Shown here: positions 31,687-42,061 of the stretch, piece by piece | How the letters are laid out: every line of letters begins with the position of its first letter | Position numbering within the stretch: the stretch's first letter is position 1 | DNA from: Candidatus Bathyarchaeota archaeon | Lineage (GTDB): Archaea; Thermoproteota; Bathyarchaeia; Bathyarchaeales; Bathycorpusculaceae | Assembly: GCA_963833575.1 (NCBI GenBank) | Contig: CAWHXY010000007.1 | Location: forward strand, 480,001 to 544,000 | Direction of reading: 5' to 3' | Length of the DNA stretch: 64,000 nucleotides | Program-made: the position numbers and the translations under genes | Notes under the pieces: generated by a model | Database searches by the model: none | Told to the model about the DNA's origin: nothing | What the model saw: the letters and a program-made list of their open reading frames with translations, nothing else

Positions 31687-33735
31687 CTAACTATTGAAGT
31701 TAACAGTAATGCTTTTGTCTGCGTCCATTTTGAAGGTGAATGGGTTTGTTGTTGCGACTGTTCCATTTGAGAAGGTGTAGTTTCCAAATGAACCTGTTGT
31801 CGCTGTTGCAGTTAGTTTTATATTTGAATTTGTTGGAAACTGCCATAAATTGCCACTTATTGAAGATAAACCTTGATTGCACCAAGAGTTGCTTTCTGAA
31901 ATAGAGCCGCTGCCTGTTCCTTCCAAAGTAATATTTAGGGTCTGCCATCCGCTTAATCCAGTGTTGCCTTGTAAGGTCATATTTTGAACTTGGGTAATTG
32001 GCGTATAATAATTCAAAGTTGTAGCTCCTGCCCCAAAAGTGTTGTTGGCGTAGAAGTTGTTTGCTATAATATCTGTTCCAGAACCTTCGTTGCTTTCTTC
32101 CATACCCCAAGCCCCTGCTGATGTGACAGTGTTACCTTCAATTAGAGTATAATTAGATAGAGCATCTTCAATTCCAACTCCGCTATTCGAAACATTGTTA
32201 TTAAGAATTTCTACATGTAAGCTGTTTTCGGCAGCTATGCCCCAGTGGCTTGCTCCGGTATACTGAGTGACATTTGTCACGTTGCAGTTTTCTATCGTGC
32301 AGTTGGTTGAGTGAAAAGTGTTGATGCCGACATCTTGACCGCCAATATCGGTACAATTGTTTATGGTGCAGTTGGAACAGCCGGAATCAAGTGTTATTGG
32401 GTTGTCTCCGTCGTTGATTGTCGTGCAGTTGTAGATGTAAGAGTTTTTGCAACCAAGTAGATCAATGCCTTGGCCTATACAGTTTTCAACCACAGCATTC
32501 TTGATCGTGACGTTGCTTGATGTTATATCGCTGTAAATGCTTATTCCAAAATATAGGAAATAGTTAGGAGTCCAAGTGCCTGTAGTTCTATGGTCAGATA
32601 ATGTACCCTTGTTACTGTTCCATATTCCACCATCCACAACAAAGTTGTTTACTCCGCCGTTAGTGTTAAGCATAAGTGAGATACTTCCACCGAGTGTTGC
32701 AGGTGTAAGCTGCTCTATTGTTATTCCTGTTGCCTTAAAATAGATGTTACTTTGAGGAATCAAAGTATTGTCAAGAATTATGGTGCCGTTGATTAGTGTT
32801 ACACTGCCACCGCCGAAAGAGTTAACCTCAGTCATGGCATTATTTATTATAGTTGAACTTGAAGAGCCCAAAGCGTAGTAGCCGTCATCGCTGAAGTAAG
32901 TTCCGTTAGTAAATACTCCACAGCGCACATTAGTTGATGAACCTATACCTGCTACTGAACCTCTTGCAATAAAAGTAGCAATGCAACCTACATACATTTC
33001 ACTTTGCCCTAATGTTACTCCTGAACTTTCTGTTCCTGTGGAAAATAGTTTTTCGTTTAAATAAGCCAATGACGCTGAACCACCAGCGCCAAACGATGTC
33101 AATGCGCCATCTGAAAGTGTGAAACCGTTGCTTGCGGAAGATTGCGCTAAATTCCATGCAATTGATGCCCCTATCGCTATTTCGTTTGGGCAAGTGGTTG
33201 TTACTGTTCCTGTAGTTGTTGTTGTAGAGCTTCCTTCAGCAGAATTTGTTTGGTCAAGATAACCGCCAATAAGAATTCCCGAATATTCATAGACATCTGC
33301 AATCGCGCCAGCCAAATAAGTAGTTCCCGAAAGAGTGATTGTCAAGGTTTTTGAAACGCCAGAAGGGTAAATTGTTCCATGCCATATTTCGACATCTTGG
33401 CTATTAGTTCCTGACAAGTGACTTACTTGACTTGTCCATTGAACCCCAGATTCAGTGATGCTTGAGACTGTTTCATACCCAAGTATGCCGATGGCAGCAA
33501 TCAATGTGTCGCCACTAGTTGGAATAGAATTTAATGTTACTGAGATGGATGAACCAGTAGTAATTCCTCTAGCTGGACCCTGAACTAAAGTTAAACCGCC
33601 GTGACCTATGCTGCCAAAAAATTGAATAGTTATAGAAGAAATTGACGCTGAAAACGCAGCAGCAGATATGATAAGCAAGCAAAATGCTGCGGCAATAACA
33701 GCATAAATAATTCTGCGTTTTATCATGCCAGTCAA
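31687..33735 (-). CDS. Secreted protein with an N-terminal beta domain and a right-handed parallel beta-helix (NosD/pectin lyase-like)
   Basis: Signal peptide; N/C/T/I ladder repeats (NCTINNC, NCTIENC); N-terminal domain paralogous to 42062-43021. Confidence 0.8.
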   Translation of the reverse strand: MTGMIKRRIIYAVIAAAFCLLIISAAAFSASISSITIQFFGSIGHGGLTLVQGPARGITTGSSISVTLNSIPTSGDTLIAAIGILGYETVSSITESGVQWTSQVSHLSGTNSQDVEIWHGTIYPSGVSKTLTITLSGTTYLAGAIADVYEYSGILIGGYLDQTNSAEGSSTTTTTGTVTTTCPNEIAIGASIAWNLAQSSASNGFTLSDGALTSFGAGGSASLAYLNEKLFSTGTESSGVTLGQSEMYVGCIATFIARGSVAGIGSSTNVRCGVFTNGTYFSDDGYYALGSSSSTIINNAMTEVNSFGGGSVTLINGTIILDNTLIPQSNIYFKATGITIEQLTPATLGGSISLMLNTNGGVNNFVVDGGIWNSNKGTLSDHRTTGTWTPNYFLYFGISIYSDITSSNVTIKNAVVENCIGQGIDLLGCKNSYIYNCTTINDGDNPITLDSGCSNCTINNCTDIGGQDVGINTFHSTNCTIENCNVTNVTQYTGASHWGIAAENSLHVEILNNNVSNSGVGIEDALSNYTLIEGNTVTSAGAWGMEESNEGSGTDIIANNFYANNTFGAGATTLNYYTPITQVQNMTLQGNTGLSGWQTLNITLEGTGSGSISESNSWCNQGLSSISGNLWQFPTNSNIKLTATATTGSFGNYTFSNGTVATTNPFTFKMDADKSITVNFNS

Positions 33736-33992
33736 TTTCCTAATCGAGTCTGTTTAAGCAATATAGTGTTATTTAATCATGTTTAAGCAATACGGTATTA
33801 TTAAATCTTACGATATAACTGTTGTGTTCTGCAAAACATAATACTTTGCTCTTTTGTAGACGAGATCAGACGAGGACCACTTTTACAAAAGCAATTAAAA
33901 AGGTCTCCTTAATTATACCTGAATCCAGAACGCTTATCTAATGCATTAGTTCTCGCTAACAGCGGCGCGCTTTGAAATGAAGAGATGAAGAA

Positions 33993-34550
33993 GTGTTCAG
34001 CAAAGAAGAAATACGATTAGTATTAGTAATAGTCGTTTGCTCAACCATATTGATAGCATCGGGCATTTACTTTTCTATTTCTCCATCGCAGAAGACTGGT
34101 TTTTTCCAAATATCACTAACCAGCCCTAATGGAACTATTTTGCCTCCAGAGCTAAACGTAAATTCAGATCAAAACAATGTTCTGACAATAGCCGTCCAGA
34201 ATTCGATGGGAAAAACCCAGACTTGTAGATTGGACACTGAACTTATAATTTTGAACTCCTCTGGCAGCTCACTAAATTCTATAATGCTGGAAAACAACAC
34301 TTTAATTCTGAATAATACGGCTACTTGGACAAAGACTTTCACATATCAAATAAATAACAACATAAAGAATAACACGACAATTAAAGAAATATTCTTTGAC
34401 AATTACACAACTAACATTTCGGAAAACCAATACAATCAAAGTCTACTTTTCCAGTTCAGATTCGACCTCTGGGTCTTTAATAACTCAATCAACAACTACA
34501 CATTCACAAATACATGGGTATCGTCCCCATTCCTCAATGCCACAACATAA
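33993..34550 (+). CDS. Membrane-anchored Asn-rich protein (DUF1616 C-terminal-like)
   Basis: N-terminal TM, many NxS/T sequons, FxLW motif. Confidence 0.6.
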   Translation: MFSKEEIRLVLVIVVCSTILIASGIYFSISPSQKTGFFQISLTSPNGTILPPELNVNSDQNNVLTIAVQNSMGKTQTCRLDTELIILNSSGSSLNSIMLENNTLILNNTATWTKTFTYQINNNIKNNTTIKEIFFDNYTTNISENQYNQSLLFQFRFDLWVFNNSINNYTFTNTWVSSPFLNATT

Positions 34551-34584
34551 GCCTGTAAACACAACAAAAAACATTGGCGACAAT

Positions 34585-35517
34585 ATGTCACAGAATAATA
34601 AATTTCCCTTAGTTTCCGTCGTAATAATCGTTCGTAATATGCCTGACTCTATTGGAAGCGTTCTTCAGTCATTAATAAATCAAAACATATCTCAAGATAC
34701 CTATGAAATAATCGTTATCGACTCGTCAAATGATCGCACAACTAAAATTATACAGCAGTATCCTGTCAGACTCTTATCAGTAAAACTTACAGGCGATTTT
34801 GGAAGGGCAAGAAATATTGGCATCCAGGAATCCCGAGGAAGCATAGTTGCTTTTGTCGACGCTGATTGCATCGTAGATGAAGATCATATCCGTAAAATAA
34901 TAGATTTTCACTCCAAAAATCCCCACATTGCAGGCATCGGTGGTTCCTTAGTTAATCCTTACCCAAATAATAAAGTAGCAAGAACACTATGCTATGGACA
35001 ATGTGGCTCTTGTTCAATAAACGCTCCGAAACGTTTTGTGACGTGGCTTCCGGGTGGTAATTGTAGCTATAAAAAAGATTTTCTTATTGAAGTTGGTATG
35101 TTTCCTGAAGGCACTGCTTCAGAAGATATTCTTCTTGGTTGGAAATTAACTGCTAAGGGTAAACAATTACTTTTTGATCCTTCCTATAAAATTACACACG
35201 ATTTCAACAGAACATTAAAAATGTTAGCGCTTAAAGAAGAGAGGAGTGGCACAGCGCATTTCAATATGCATTCATCTAATACTAACTTGACTTTTGCCAG
35301 ACTGTTAGGCATAGTTCTTTTTACGCCTATATTTATTATAGGTAGAACCATGACTGGCTTTGAAAGAATGCTCAAGTTCTCTCCAGACAAAAAGGATGCG
35401 ATTTTTCTCTTTCATTATTTGTCTTATTCAGCTTTCTTTTGGTCCAGAGGATACCTTAAGCAAGTGTTCCTAGTGAAAAAAATTCAAAAAAATAACAAAT
35501 CGGGGAGACTAAAATGA
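34585..35517 (+). CDS. GT2 glycosyltransferase
   Basis: VSVVI, EIIVID, ARNIG, FVDADC, SED; ATG at 34585. Confidence 0.9.
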   Translation: MSQNNKFPLVSVVIIVRNMPDSIGSVLQSLINQNISQDTYEIIVIDSSNDRTTKIIQQYPVRLLSVKLTGDFGRARNIGIQESRGSIVAFVDADCIVDEDHIRKIIDFHSKNPHIAGIGGSLVNPYPNNKVARTLCYGQCGSCSINAPKRFVTWLPGGNCSYKKDFLIEVGMFPEGTASEDILLGWKLTAKGKQLLFDPSYKITHDFNRTLKMLALKEERSGTAHFNMHSSNTNLTFARLLGIVLFTPIFIIGRTMTGFERMLKFSPDKKDAIFLFHYLSYSAFFWSRGYLKQVFLVKKIQKNNKSGRLK

Positions 35518-36596
35518 AGGTAGCAGTACTTTATTGGCAACTTACTTATTTCGGGGGGGCAGAGAGAGTGCTTCTTTCAATCGCAAAAAGCTTTAACACA
35601 ACAATCTACACAGGAGTATTTAATCCTACAAAGACTTATCCTGAATTCCAAAAGATAAATGTTAAAACCTATGGGCACCATTTAATTAAAACACAACTTA
35701 GAATGTATGAGGCAGCCCTTAATTCTTTTTTCCTCAATTTAGATGAATTTGACATAGTCAATCCTCATTTTTTCCCAAATACCATGGCTTCTTTACGATT
35801 TGGAGACCGCACTGTATGGTATTGTCACTCGCCACTCAGAGCGATCTATGACCTCAAAACCTATTATTCCGGAAACCTGAAAGCTCTCTCGAAAATGATT
35901 TTTTGGTCACATCATTCTGTTCTTGAAATACTTGATAGAGTAGCATTGCAGAGAATTTCGAAAATATTGACAAATAGCTACGTTACCCAAAAAAGAATAC
36001 AAAAGTTTTACAAAAGAAATTCCGTTGTAATCTATCCTGGAATAGATACCAATTTATTTAAGAAAGAAGAATTCGGAGATTTTCTTCTCTATGTTGGAGG
36101 TTTATCAAGAGGTTCTGACGAATCTAATAAGAGACCTGAACTTGCAATTAACGCTATGCGACTCTTAAAGAATCAGCAACTCTGCGTTGTTGGCGATGGC
36201 TCAAAAAGATCGTACTTGGAGGCTCATTCACCAGAGAACGTCAAATTTCTTGGAAACGTTAGCGACAAAGTTCTTAAGGATCTATATGCGAGATGTTCTG
36301 CTGTAATATATCCTTCTTTCAATGAAGAGTTTGGATATGTTCCCATAGAAGCTATGGCCTCAGGCAAACCAGTAATAGCCTGTAACGATGGCGGCGGCGT
36401 GTGCGAAACAATAGTTGATAAACAAACTGGTTTTATAGTAGAACCAAATCCCAAAGAAATTGCTCTTGCAGCCAACAAACTCAAAGATAAAAAGCTCTTG
36501 AGCGAAATGAGTGCAAACTCAATACAACGAAGTCTCCTTTTCTCTGAAGAAAAATTTATTGAAGGCATAAAGGAGAATTTTGAAAATGCTCGATAA
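35514..36596 (+). CDS. GT4 glycosyltransferase
   Basis: GGAERV, YCHSP, VIYPG, EEFGYVPIEAMASGKPV. Confidence 0.92.
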   Translation: MKVAVLYWQLTYFGGAERVLLSIAKSFNTTIYTGVFNPTKTYPEFQKINVKTYGHHLIKTQLRMYEAALNSFFLNLDEFDIVNPHFFPNTMASLRFGDRTVWYCHSPLRAIYDLKTYYSGNLKALSKMIFWSHHSVLEILDRVALQRISKILTNSYVTQKRIQKFYKRNSVVIYPGIDTNLFKKEEFGDFLLYVGGLSRGSDESNKRPELAINAMRLLKNQQLCVVGDGSKRSYLEAHSPENVKFLGNVSDKVLKDLYARCSAVIYPSFNEEFGYVPIEAMASGKPVIACNDGGGVCETIVDKQTGFIVEPNPKEIALAANKLKDKKLLSEMSANSIQRSLLFSEEKFIEGIKENFENAR

Positions 36597-36751
36597 CAAT
36601 TTCCGCTGCGTAAATAACAATCTTAGAAGCAGAAGACAAATTAAAATCGAAGCTCTTTGTCTAATTTTAAACAAGATTTACATGTAAGCTCAAAATTATT
36701 TGTTGCAGAAAATTTACTAGTTACATAAATAAATATTAAACTTGAACAAAA

Positions 36752-37255
36752 TTGGTGATAATTAGGTTGAAATCATCTAACCAAGTGGCTGTTGCTTCTG
36801 GGAAACCATATTCTGAGCATTTACCTGTTTGGTACTGTGGAGTAATCTTATCAAGCGTGTTGTCAATAGTTTCCGTTTTTTTTATATCGCCTACCAATTT
36901 TCCATTAGTAATCGTAAGATGGCTTTCTGGCTTAGCTATCCTTTTTTGGGTGCCAGGCTTCTGTCTTGTGAAAGCGCTTCTTTCTGACAGGGATATCAAC
37001 AACATAGAAACAATTACCTTTAGTGTTGCACTAAGCATTATTGTGGTAATTATCGTAGCATTAATCTGTAATTTTACTATATTGAGCCTATCCGAGAAAC
37101 CCATAGTTGTTATTTTATCTGTGATTTCTATTGCACTTGCTAACATCAAAATCTATGGAAAAAATATTTTGCACATTCTAAATAACATGGTGCAAAAACT
37201 AAGTAAATACGCAACAAAGCAAAAAAAACATCGTTATTTTGCACATAGAACATAA
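36752..37255 (+). CDS. Membrane protein (DUF1616 N-terminal-like)
   Basis: R..G..ILFWVPGF.LVKAL...E...SVALS; four TM helices. Confidence 0.7.
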   Translation: MVIIRLKSSNQVAVASGKPYSEHLPVWYCGVILSSVLSIVSVFFISPTNFPLVIVRWLSGLAILFWVPGFCLVKALLSDRDINNIETITFSVALSIIVVIIVALICNFTILSLSEKPIVVILSVISIALANIKIYGKNILHILNNMVQKLSKYATKQKKHRYFAHRT

Positions 37256-37354
37256 TCTTAAATTATCTTACAAAGTTAAAAATAAACGATATACATGTCG
37301 TGTTGAATGCTTTGCAAATGAACAAATAAGTACACGGAGGATAAGAGAAAATTT

Positions 37355-38083
37355 ATGTCTAATCTCTTGAAACAACATTTGAGTTACCGAATAGGTGTTA
37401 TGTTACACAAACTAATGCCTGCTCATCTTCTTGTAAGAATTCCAATGGGTCAATTGCGAGGAAAGAAATGGTATTTTGATTCCGGTACCTATAAAATGGT
37501 TTCAGGAGTATTTGAAAAAGAAACAGTTCTTCTTTTTTCAAATCTGGTTAGGAAAGCCGATGTAATTTACGACGTTGGTGCTCACGTTGGATATTATACG
37601 CTTTTGTCTTCCGAATTGGTTGGAAAGAATGGGCTTGTAGTTGCTTTTGAACCAAATCCAAGAAATCAAGTTTTCTTAGAAAAACACCTGAAATTAAATT
37701 ATTGTCACAATGTCAAGATAATAAAGGCTTGTCTAGGAGACAAAACTGAAACAGTAGCTTTTTCCACTGAAGATGACTCAACAACTGGTAGGATTAGAAA
37801 CAATGGAACCTTGAAGGTGGAAATGACCAAATTGGATGATCTTGTTGAAAAAAATATTATTCCTCCTCCAGATTTTATGAAAATCGATGTAGAAGGCGCA
37901 GAAATACTCGTTCTTGAAGGATCTAAACATACGATCATTGATTACCATCCTAAGATTTTTCTGTCAACTCACAGTGCTGAACTTCATATCCAATGCCTAA
38001 AATTTTTGAAAGCTAATAAGTATAATTTAATGGCACTTGACCATAGAGAGCTTAATTTATCAGACAACGTATTAGCATATTGA
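37355..38083 (+). CDS. FkbM-family methyltransferase
   Basis: YDVGAHVGYY, AFEPNP, KIDVEGAE. Confidence 0.93.
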   Translation: MSNLLKQHLSYRIGVMLHKLMPAHLLVRIPMGQLRGKKWYFDSGTYKMVSGVFEKETVLLFSNLVRKADVIYDVGAHVGYYTLLSSELVGKNGLVVAFEPNPRNQVFLEKHLKLNYCHNVKIIKACLGDKTETVAFSTEDDSTTGRIRNNGTLKVEMTKLDDLVEKNIIPPPDFMKIDVEGAEILVLEGSKHTIIDYHPKIFLSTHSAELHIQCLKFLKANKYNLMALDHRELNLSDNVLAY

Positions 38084-38239
38084 AACAGCGCACTAATTGG
38101 ATGAAATTCTCCTCTCCCAAAAAATGAATTTGATCATTTTCATCCTCTCTCTTACTCTAAGGAGTGATTTTACTTCAAAAAAGCAGAAAGTATTTCTAAA
38201 GACTTAAGGTGGCTCCTCTTCTCTTTTCTGGCAATTCTA

Positions 38240-38782
38240 TTGATTATAGTTATCGGCTTTGCGGTTTCTAATGAAATCTTTCACTCTGAATATAATACTG
38301 AACCGACGCCTTCGCCTACGCAAACACTAAACCCGACGCCTTCGCCTACGCAAACACTAAACCCGACGCCTTCGCCTACGCAAACACTAAACCCGACGCC
38401 TTCGCCTACGCAAACACCAATTCCAACAAGTGAAGGTCACGTATACGTTATCGGAATTAACGTCTTCGGCGGAGATCTTCAAGGAAACACAATACAATTG
38501 AACACTCTTAACGAGGGTGAATCAAGAAACATTTCTTTCTGTGTGCAAAGCACGAGCGATGAACCTATTACTCTCTCATTTTGGGTAACTGATTGGTCAC
38601 CGCCTGAACTTGGATCTTTCCTGCAAATAACTTGGGACTATAATGGATTTTCAATAAACCCGAACCAAACAATAATGCTAACTTTTACACTAACTTCGTC
38701 ACTTTCTGCTGACTTTACAAATTACATTATTGATAACAATGTCACGACATTCAGCTTCAACCTCTACATTTTTCCAGAGTAA
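38240..38782 (+). CDS. Membrane-anchored protein with a PT-rich linker and an Ig-like domain (start uncertain, frame open from 38168)
   Basis: TM segment, (PTPSPTQTLN)n, C-terminal domain similar to those of 39961-40887 and 43299-43748. Confidence 0.7.
   Translation: MIIVIGFAVSNEIFHSEYNTEPTPSPTQTLNPTPSPTQTLNPTPSPTQTLNPTPSPTQTPIPTSEGHVYVIGINVFGGDLQGNTIQLNTLNEGESRNISFCVQSTSDEPITLSFWVTDWSPPELGSFLQITWDYNGFSINPNQTIMLTFTLTSSLSADFTNYIIDNNVTTFSFNLYIFPE
38303..38417 (+). repeat. Perfect 30-bp tandem repeat (~3.8 copies)
   Basis: ccgacgccttcgcctacgcaaacactaaac repeated without synonymous changes. Confidence 0.95.
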
Positions 38783-39155
38783 TACTAATTTGCAACTGAT
38801 TATCTGAATTAATAAGTGAATATTTTATTTTCTTCAGTGCCTCCAGCTATTCTGCTGCCAAAATTATGCAGCGTCTGGAGAACACCTAAACGTGACACTA
38901 TCCTTGACCTGAAAAGAACTGACTGAAAAATCCTGTTATAATAAGAATTTAAACCCAATTTGTTTTGCTTCGAGTTTCGATTTTTATACCCTGGAAAAAA
39001 CGATGATTATTAATAAGAAGGTAAACAAACTATTTTTTTAAGTTGTCATGGAAGAAGTCGGTATGGTTTTGAGCGATTTTTGGTAATTTGTGTCCCTCTT
39101 GTTTAAGCCAGATTCTTTTCAGCTCACTATCGAAGAGGGAACCAGGTCCATCTCC

Positions 39156-39608
39156 TCATTGAATTTTTTTGAGGGTGCCTATATCAAGTGGATCAGCAAA
39201 ATACTTTTTGAAAGTATCTTCGAATTGACCACTGTAAAGACTTGCATTCGCAGCTTTTGTTGTTGCTAATTTTTCTAACGACTTTTCTCGGGCTAAGTAG
39301 TAGATTGTAGTTTTTGATGCTTTGCGTTTGTTCAGCCAGCCCATTCAGGAAAGTTGATTTAGGTAATTGCTTTCCGATACGCGGCATCGTCCCGTTAGAT
39401 TGGAAATCTGTGTGGCTTCGCATTCACCTTTAGAGGCAGCGAACATGTATGTTTTTCGAAGGTTATCTGGCAAAGAAATTAGTTTTGACTCAGATATATC
39501 TAAAGGCTGCGGTCTCCAATTCGACAGGTGTTTTTCAAGGTCATCTAATCGGAAATGAATGGCTTGCATTTCACGAAATATTTTTTCAAATACTGATCTT
39601 TTTACTAT
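39156..39608 (-). pseudogene. Winged-helix transcription regulator split by an in-frame TGA at 39345-39347
   Basis: LPDNLRKTY...TGRCRVSESNYLNQLS*MGWLNKRK is a continuous wHTH read through the stop; CGA(Arg)>TGA would restore it. Confidence 0.75.
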
Positions 39609-39960
39609 TTTTACTCCCCTCTCCTAATTTTCCTTTCCGCATGAATCACGTATTAGGATTTATCAGTTTTTGAGAATAAAATTGCCACTATTTGCGAATT
39701 CAATTGCCATACCTTGCACCCTTGTTAATTTGACTTCGTAAAAACTGTTAAGTGGACTTTGCAAAACTTTTGTTTGGGTTGACAATTAACGTTAATTTGA
39801 TTTTTCAACAAGCCTTAAAATCGATTAAGTCTTAAGTGGTGTCTCGCAACTCGGAAGAGAGACAACAACGAACAAACACAATATAAAATCAACAGTATAC
39901 TCCATAAACTCCAGAAAGCTGACAAAACCAATAGTTATAGGCATCAGTGCTCTTCTCATT

Positions 39961-40887
39961 GTGAGCATTCTGTCAGTTTTCTGGGCAGTCCCGCTTCAAG
40001 CTGCAACTGTTCCCACTCGACCCGTTATCGGATTTATTATTGTTTCTGGTGGCTCAGGATATACTACTCCCCATTTTACTCTTTCAGGTGGAGGCGGAAC
40101 AGGTGCGAGGGCCACAGCAAGAGTTTCGCAGGGTGTTATCTCTCAAGTCTTGTTAACAAGAGCAGGTTCAGGATATACTTCTGCACCGACTGTTACTATA
40201 TCTGACCCAAATCCACAAGCTCATGGTGCTATTGTCATAGCGACCTACAAGGGTCAGCCAAATCCAACTCCAACACCCAATGCAACACCTTCGCCCAGTC
40301 CATCTTCAACCCCTTCGCCTACAATATCGCCAACTCCAACTCCTTCACATACTCCTAACCCGACTCCTACTCCAACCTCAACCCCAACACCTACTCCATC
40401 TCCAAGCCCGACTCCGACTCCAAAACCGTCGCCAACGCCAACCCCCACGCCTACTCCTACACCTAAGCCAACTTCTTCACCAACTCCTTCTCCAACTCCC
40501 ACTGCTACTCCAACTCCTACACCAACCTCAACTCCTACTGCATCTCCAACTCCGTCGCCTCAAGCTTCAATAGGGATTTATAGTGATCAAGGTTGTACTG
40601 TGGCTTTGTCTTCTTTTAATTGGGGAACGTTGTCTCCTGGAGCTAGTTCGACTTTGGTCCTGTACGTTCAAAATCAAGGAAATACTGCAGTCACTCTGTC
40701 AAAAGGTATGACGAACATTAACCCATCAAATCTTTCCACGTACTTAACGCTCAACTGGGACTACTCAAATCAAGCGTTAAACCCTGGAGCCATATTGAAG
40801 ATTGCCCTTAATTTGACATTATCTCCAAATACCCCAGCAACGGCAAACTTCGGTTTCAACACAAACATTTACGCAACCACTAGCTAA
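39961..40887 (+). CDS. Secreted protein: GGSGYT repeat domain, long PT/PS linker, Ig-like domain (N-terminus probably extends to ~39883)
   Basis: GGSGYTxx[10 protein letters not shown] repeats; (PT)n; IYSDxxCT..WG..PG domain. Confidence 0.75.
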   Translation: MSILSVFWAVPLQAATVPTRPVIGFIIVSGGSGYTTPHFTLSGGGGTGARATARVSQGVISQVLLTRAGSGYTSAPTVTISDPNPQAHGAIVIATYKGQPNPTPTPNATPSPSPSSTPSPTISPTPTPSHTPNPTPTPTSTPTPTPSPSPTPTPKPSPTPTPTPTPTPKPTSSPTPSPTPTATPTPTPTSTPTASPTPSPQASIGIYSDQGCTVALSSFNWGTLSPGASSTLVLYVQNQGNTAVTLSKGMTNINPSNLSTYLTLNWDYSNQALNPGAILKIALNLTLSPNTPATANFGFNTNIYATTS

Positions 40888-41229
40888 GCTTCAGAATTGT
40901 TTCTTCCTTTATTATAATGACCGAATAGAAAAGATCCACCAACTTACAAATCTAACTCAAAATACTGTTCAAATACAATCATAAAATAAACCTCTTATTC
41001 TAAGTCCTAAAATGGAGCTGGAAAGAAACATAATCTTGCATTCATTGCAAATGAACTTTTGCTGGTTGACTTTGTGTTTCATTAATTTTCTTTTGTTTAA
41101 TAGAAAATTTGCTTTTAGACACGATATTTTGCAAATTTAGGCACAACAAACCTGATCTGCCCAAAAAAATTTTTGAAAAAGAATTCCAGAAACAAGAAAA
41201 TATTATAAGTAACTTGTAACGTAAGATAA

Positions 41230-41439
41230 TTGATGCCTCGGCGAAACAAACGTGCTGCGTTTCTGGCGATGCCTTTAGTAATTTTTATCTGGCTTATCGG
41301 GTTGTTCCTTATGCGTTTTAACTCCAACCGTAAAAAGTCAATACAGAAAAAATCCGTAAAAAGAGAAACAACTTTAACAGTATTGGTTCCTGAACAAGAA
41401 ATCCTAACTTTAGACAAAGCTCCCCATCCCAAAAAATAA
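41230..41439 (+). CDS. Small single-TM protein
   Basis: 69 aa, basic N-terminus followed by a TM helix. Confidence 0.5.
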   Translation: MMPRRNKRAAFLAMPLVIFIWLIGLFLMRFNSNRKKSIQKKSVKRETTLTVLVPEQEILTLDKAPHPKK

Positions 41440-41550
41440 TGCAATTCTTTCTTCTTTTGGTGGTGAAAAGCACCTAAAGTTGATTTTGCATCTGCCTTAC
41501 CTACTGACCAACCTGCCAATTTTCAAGGCGCTACAACAATTGCGAAAGTT

Positions 41551-41594
41551 GTGCCGTTATCATTCCCCTTAATATGTTATTGGCGAGCACCTAA
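41551..41594 (+). repeat. Bulged hairpin motif, variant copy (others at 45617-45661 and 59526-59571)
   Basis: gtgccgttatcattc ... cgagcacctaa arms shared with the other copies; different centre. Confidence 0.75.
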
Positions 41595-41823
41595 AAATGA
41601 CTTCAAACATAATAAGAAACGTGCGTTCTTGCCAGAAATAATTAACCGTCAATAGCTGATTCGGAACGTGTAAACATAGAAAAACACATTTCAACGCAAA
41701 TAAACGAGAAAAAACGCTACCGCAAACGCAGCTCCGAGCAGGATAAAAACTGGGTGAATACTCTTAAATGTGGATGATTGCAAAGTATGTCTTGTCTGCG
41801 ATTGCTATGTTGGAGGTTAGATT

Positions 41824-42030
41824 ATTAGGAAAAAGAAAGCTTTTTTCTTTACACTCTGGTTATACTCTTTTCTTTTCTGGTTGTATCTTGTTGTAAGAAT
41901 AGTCATCGATCAAGTTCCGTTAGACGCCTTATTCATAAATCAAGTACCATTTTTCACGTTCACCATACTTGGAATTATTGCTTTTGTTCTGAGCATGATA
42001 TTCATGTACCTGTTTTTAGCAGAGACTTAG
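41824..42030 (+). CDS. Small two-TM membrane protein, apparent ATT start (absent from ORF track)
   Basis: IRKKKAFFFTLWLYSFLFWLYLVVRIV...LGIIAFVLSMIFMYLFLAET*; SD ggaggt at 41812-41817. Confidence 0.6.
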   Translation: MRKKKAFFFTLWLYSFLFWLYLVVRIVIDQVPLDALFINQVPFFTFTILGIIAFVLSMIFMYLFLAET

Positions 42031-42061
42031 AATATTGGCGTCCAATGGAGAATGAGCTTAA

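Noticed and set aside
34396-34584. Long N-terminal extension of the GT2 overlapping the upstream gene
   Set aside because: The GT2 domain starts just after ATG 34585; the extension is not protein-like.
11657-38100. Classical integron cassette array
   Set aside because: Spacers lack paired RYYYAAC/GTTRRRY boxes with attC-type hairpins and no intI-like gene is in the window; only the short GCGCGC core is shared.
38303-38417. CRISPR array
   Set aside because: Contiguous in-frame repeats without spacers; no cas genes.
39345-39347. Selenocysteine or programmed readthrough at TGA
   Set aside because: The position fits Arg in a wHTH rather than a catalytic Cys; no SECIS recognised; a nonsense mutation is simpler.
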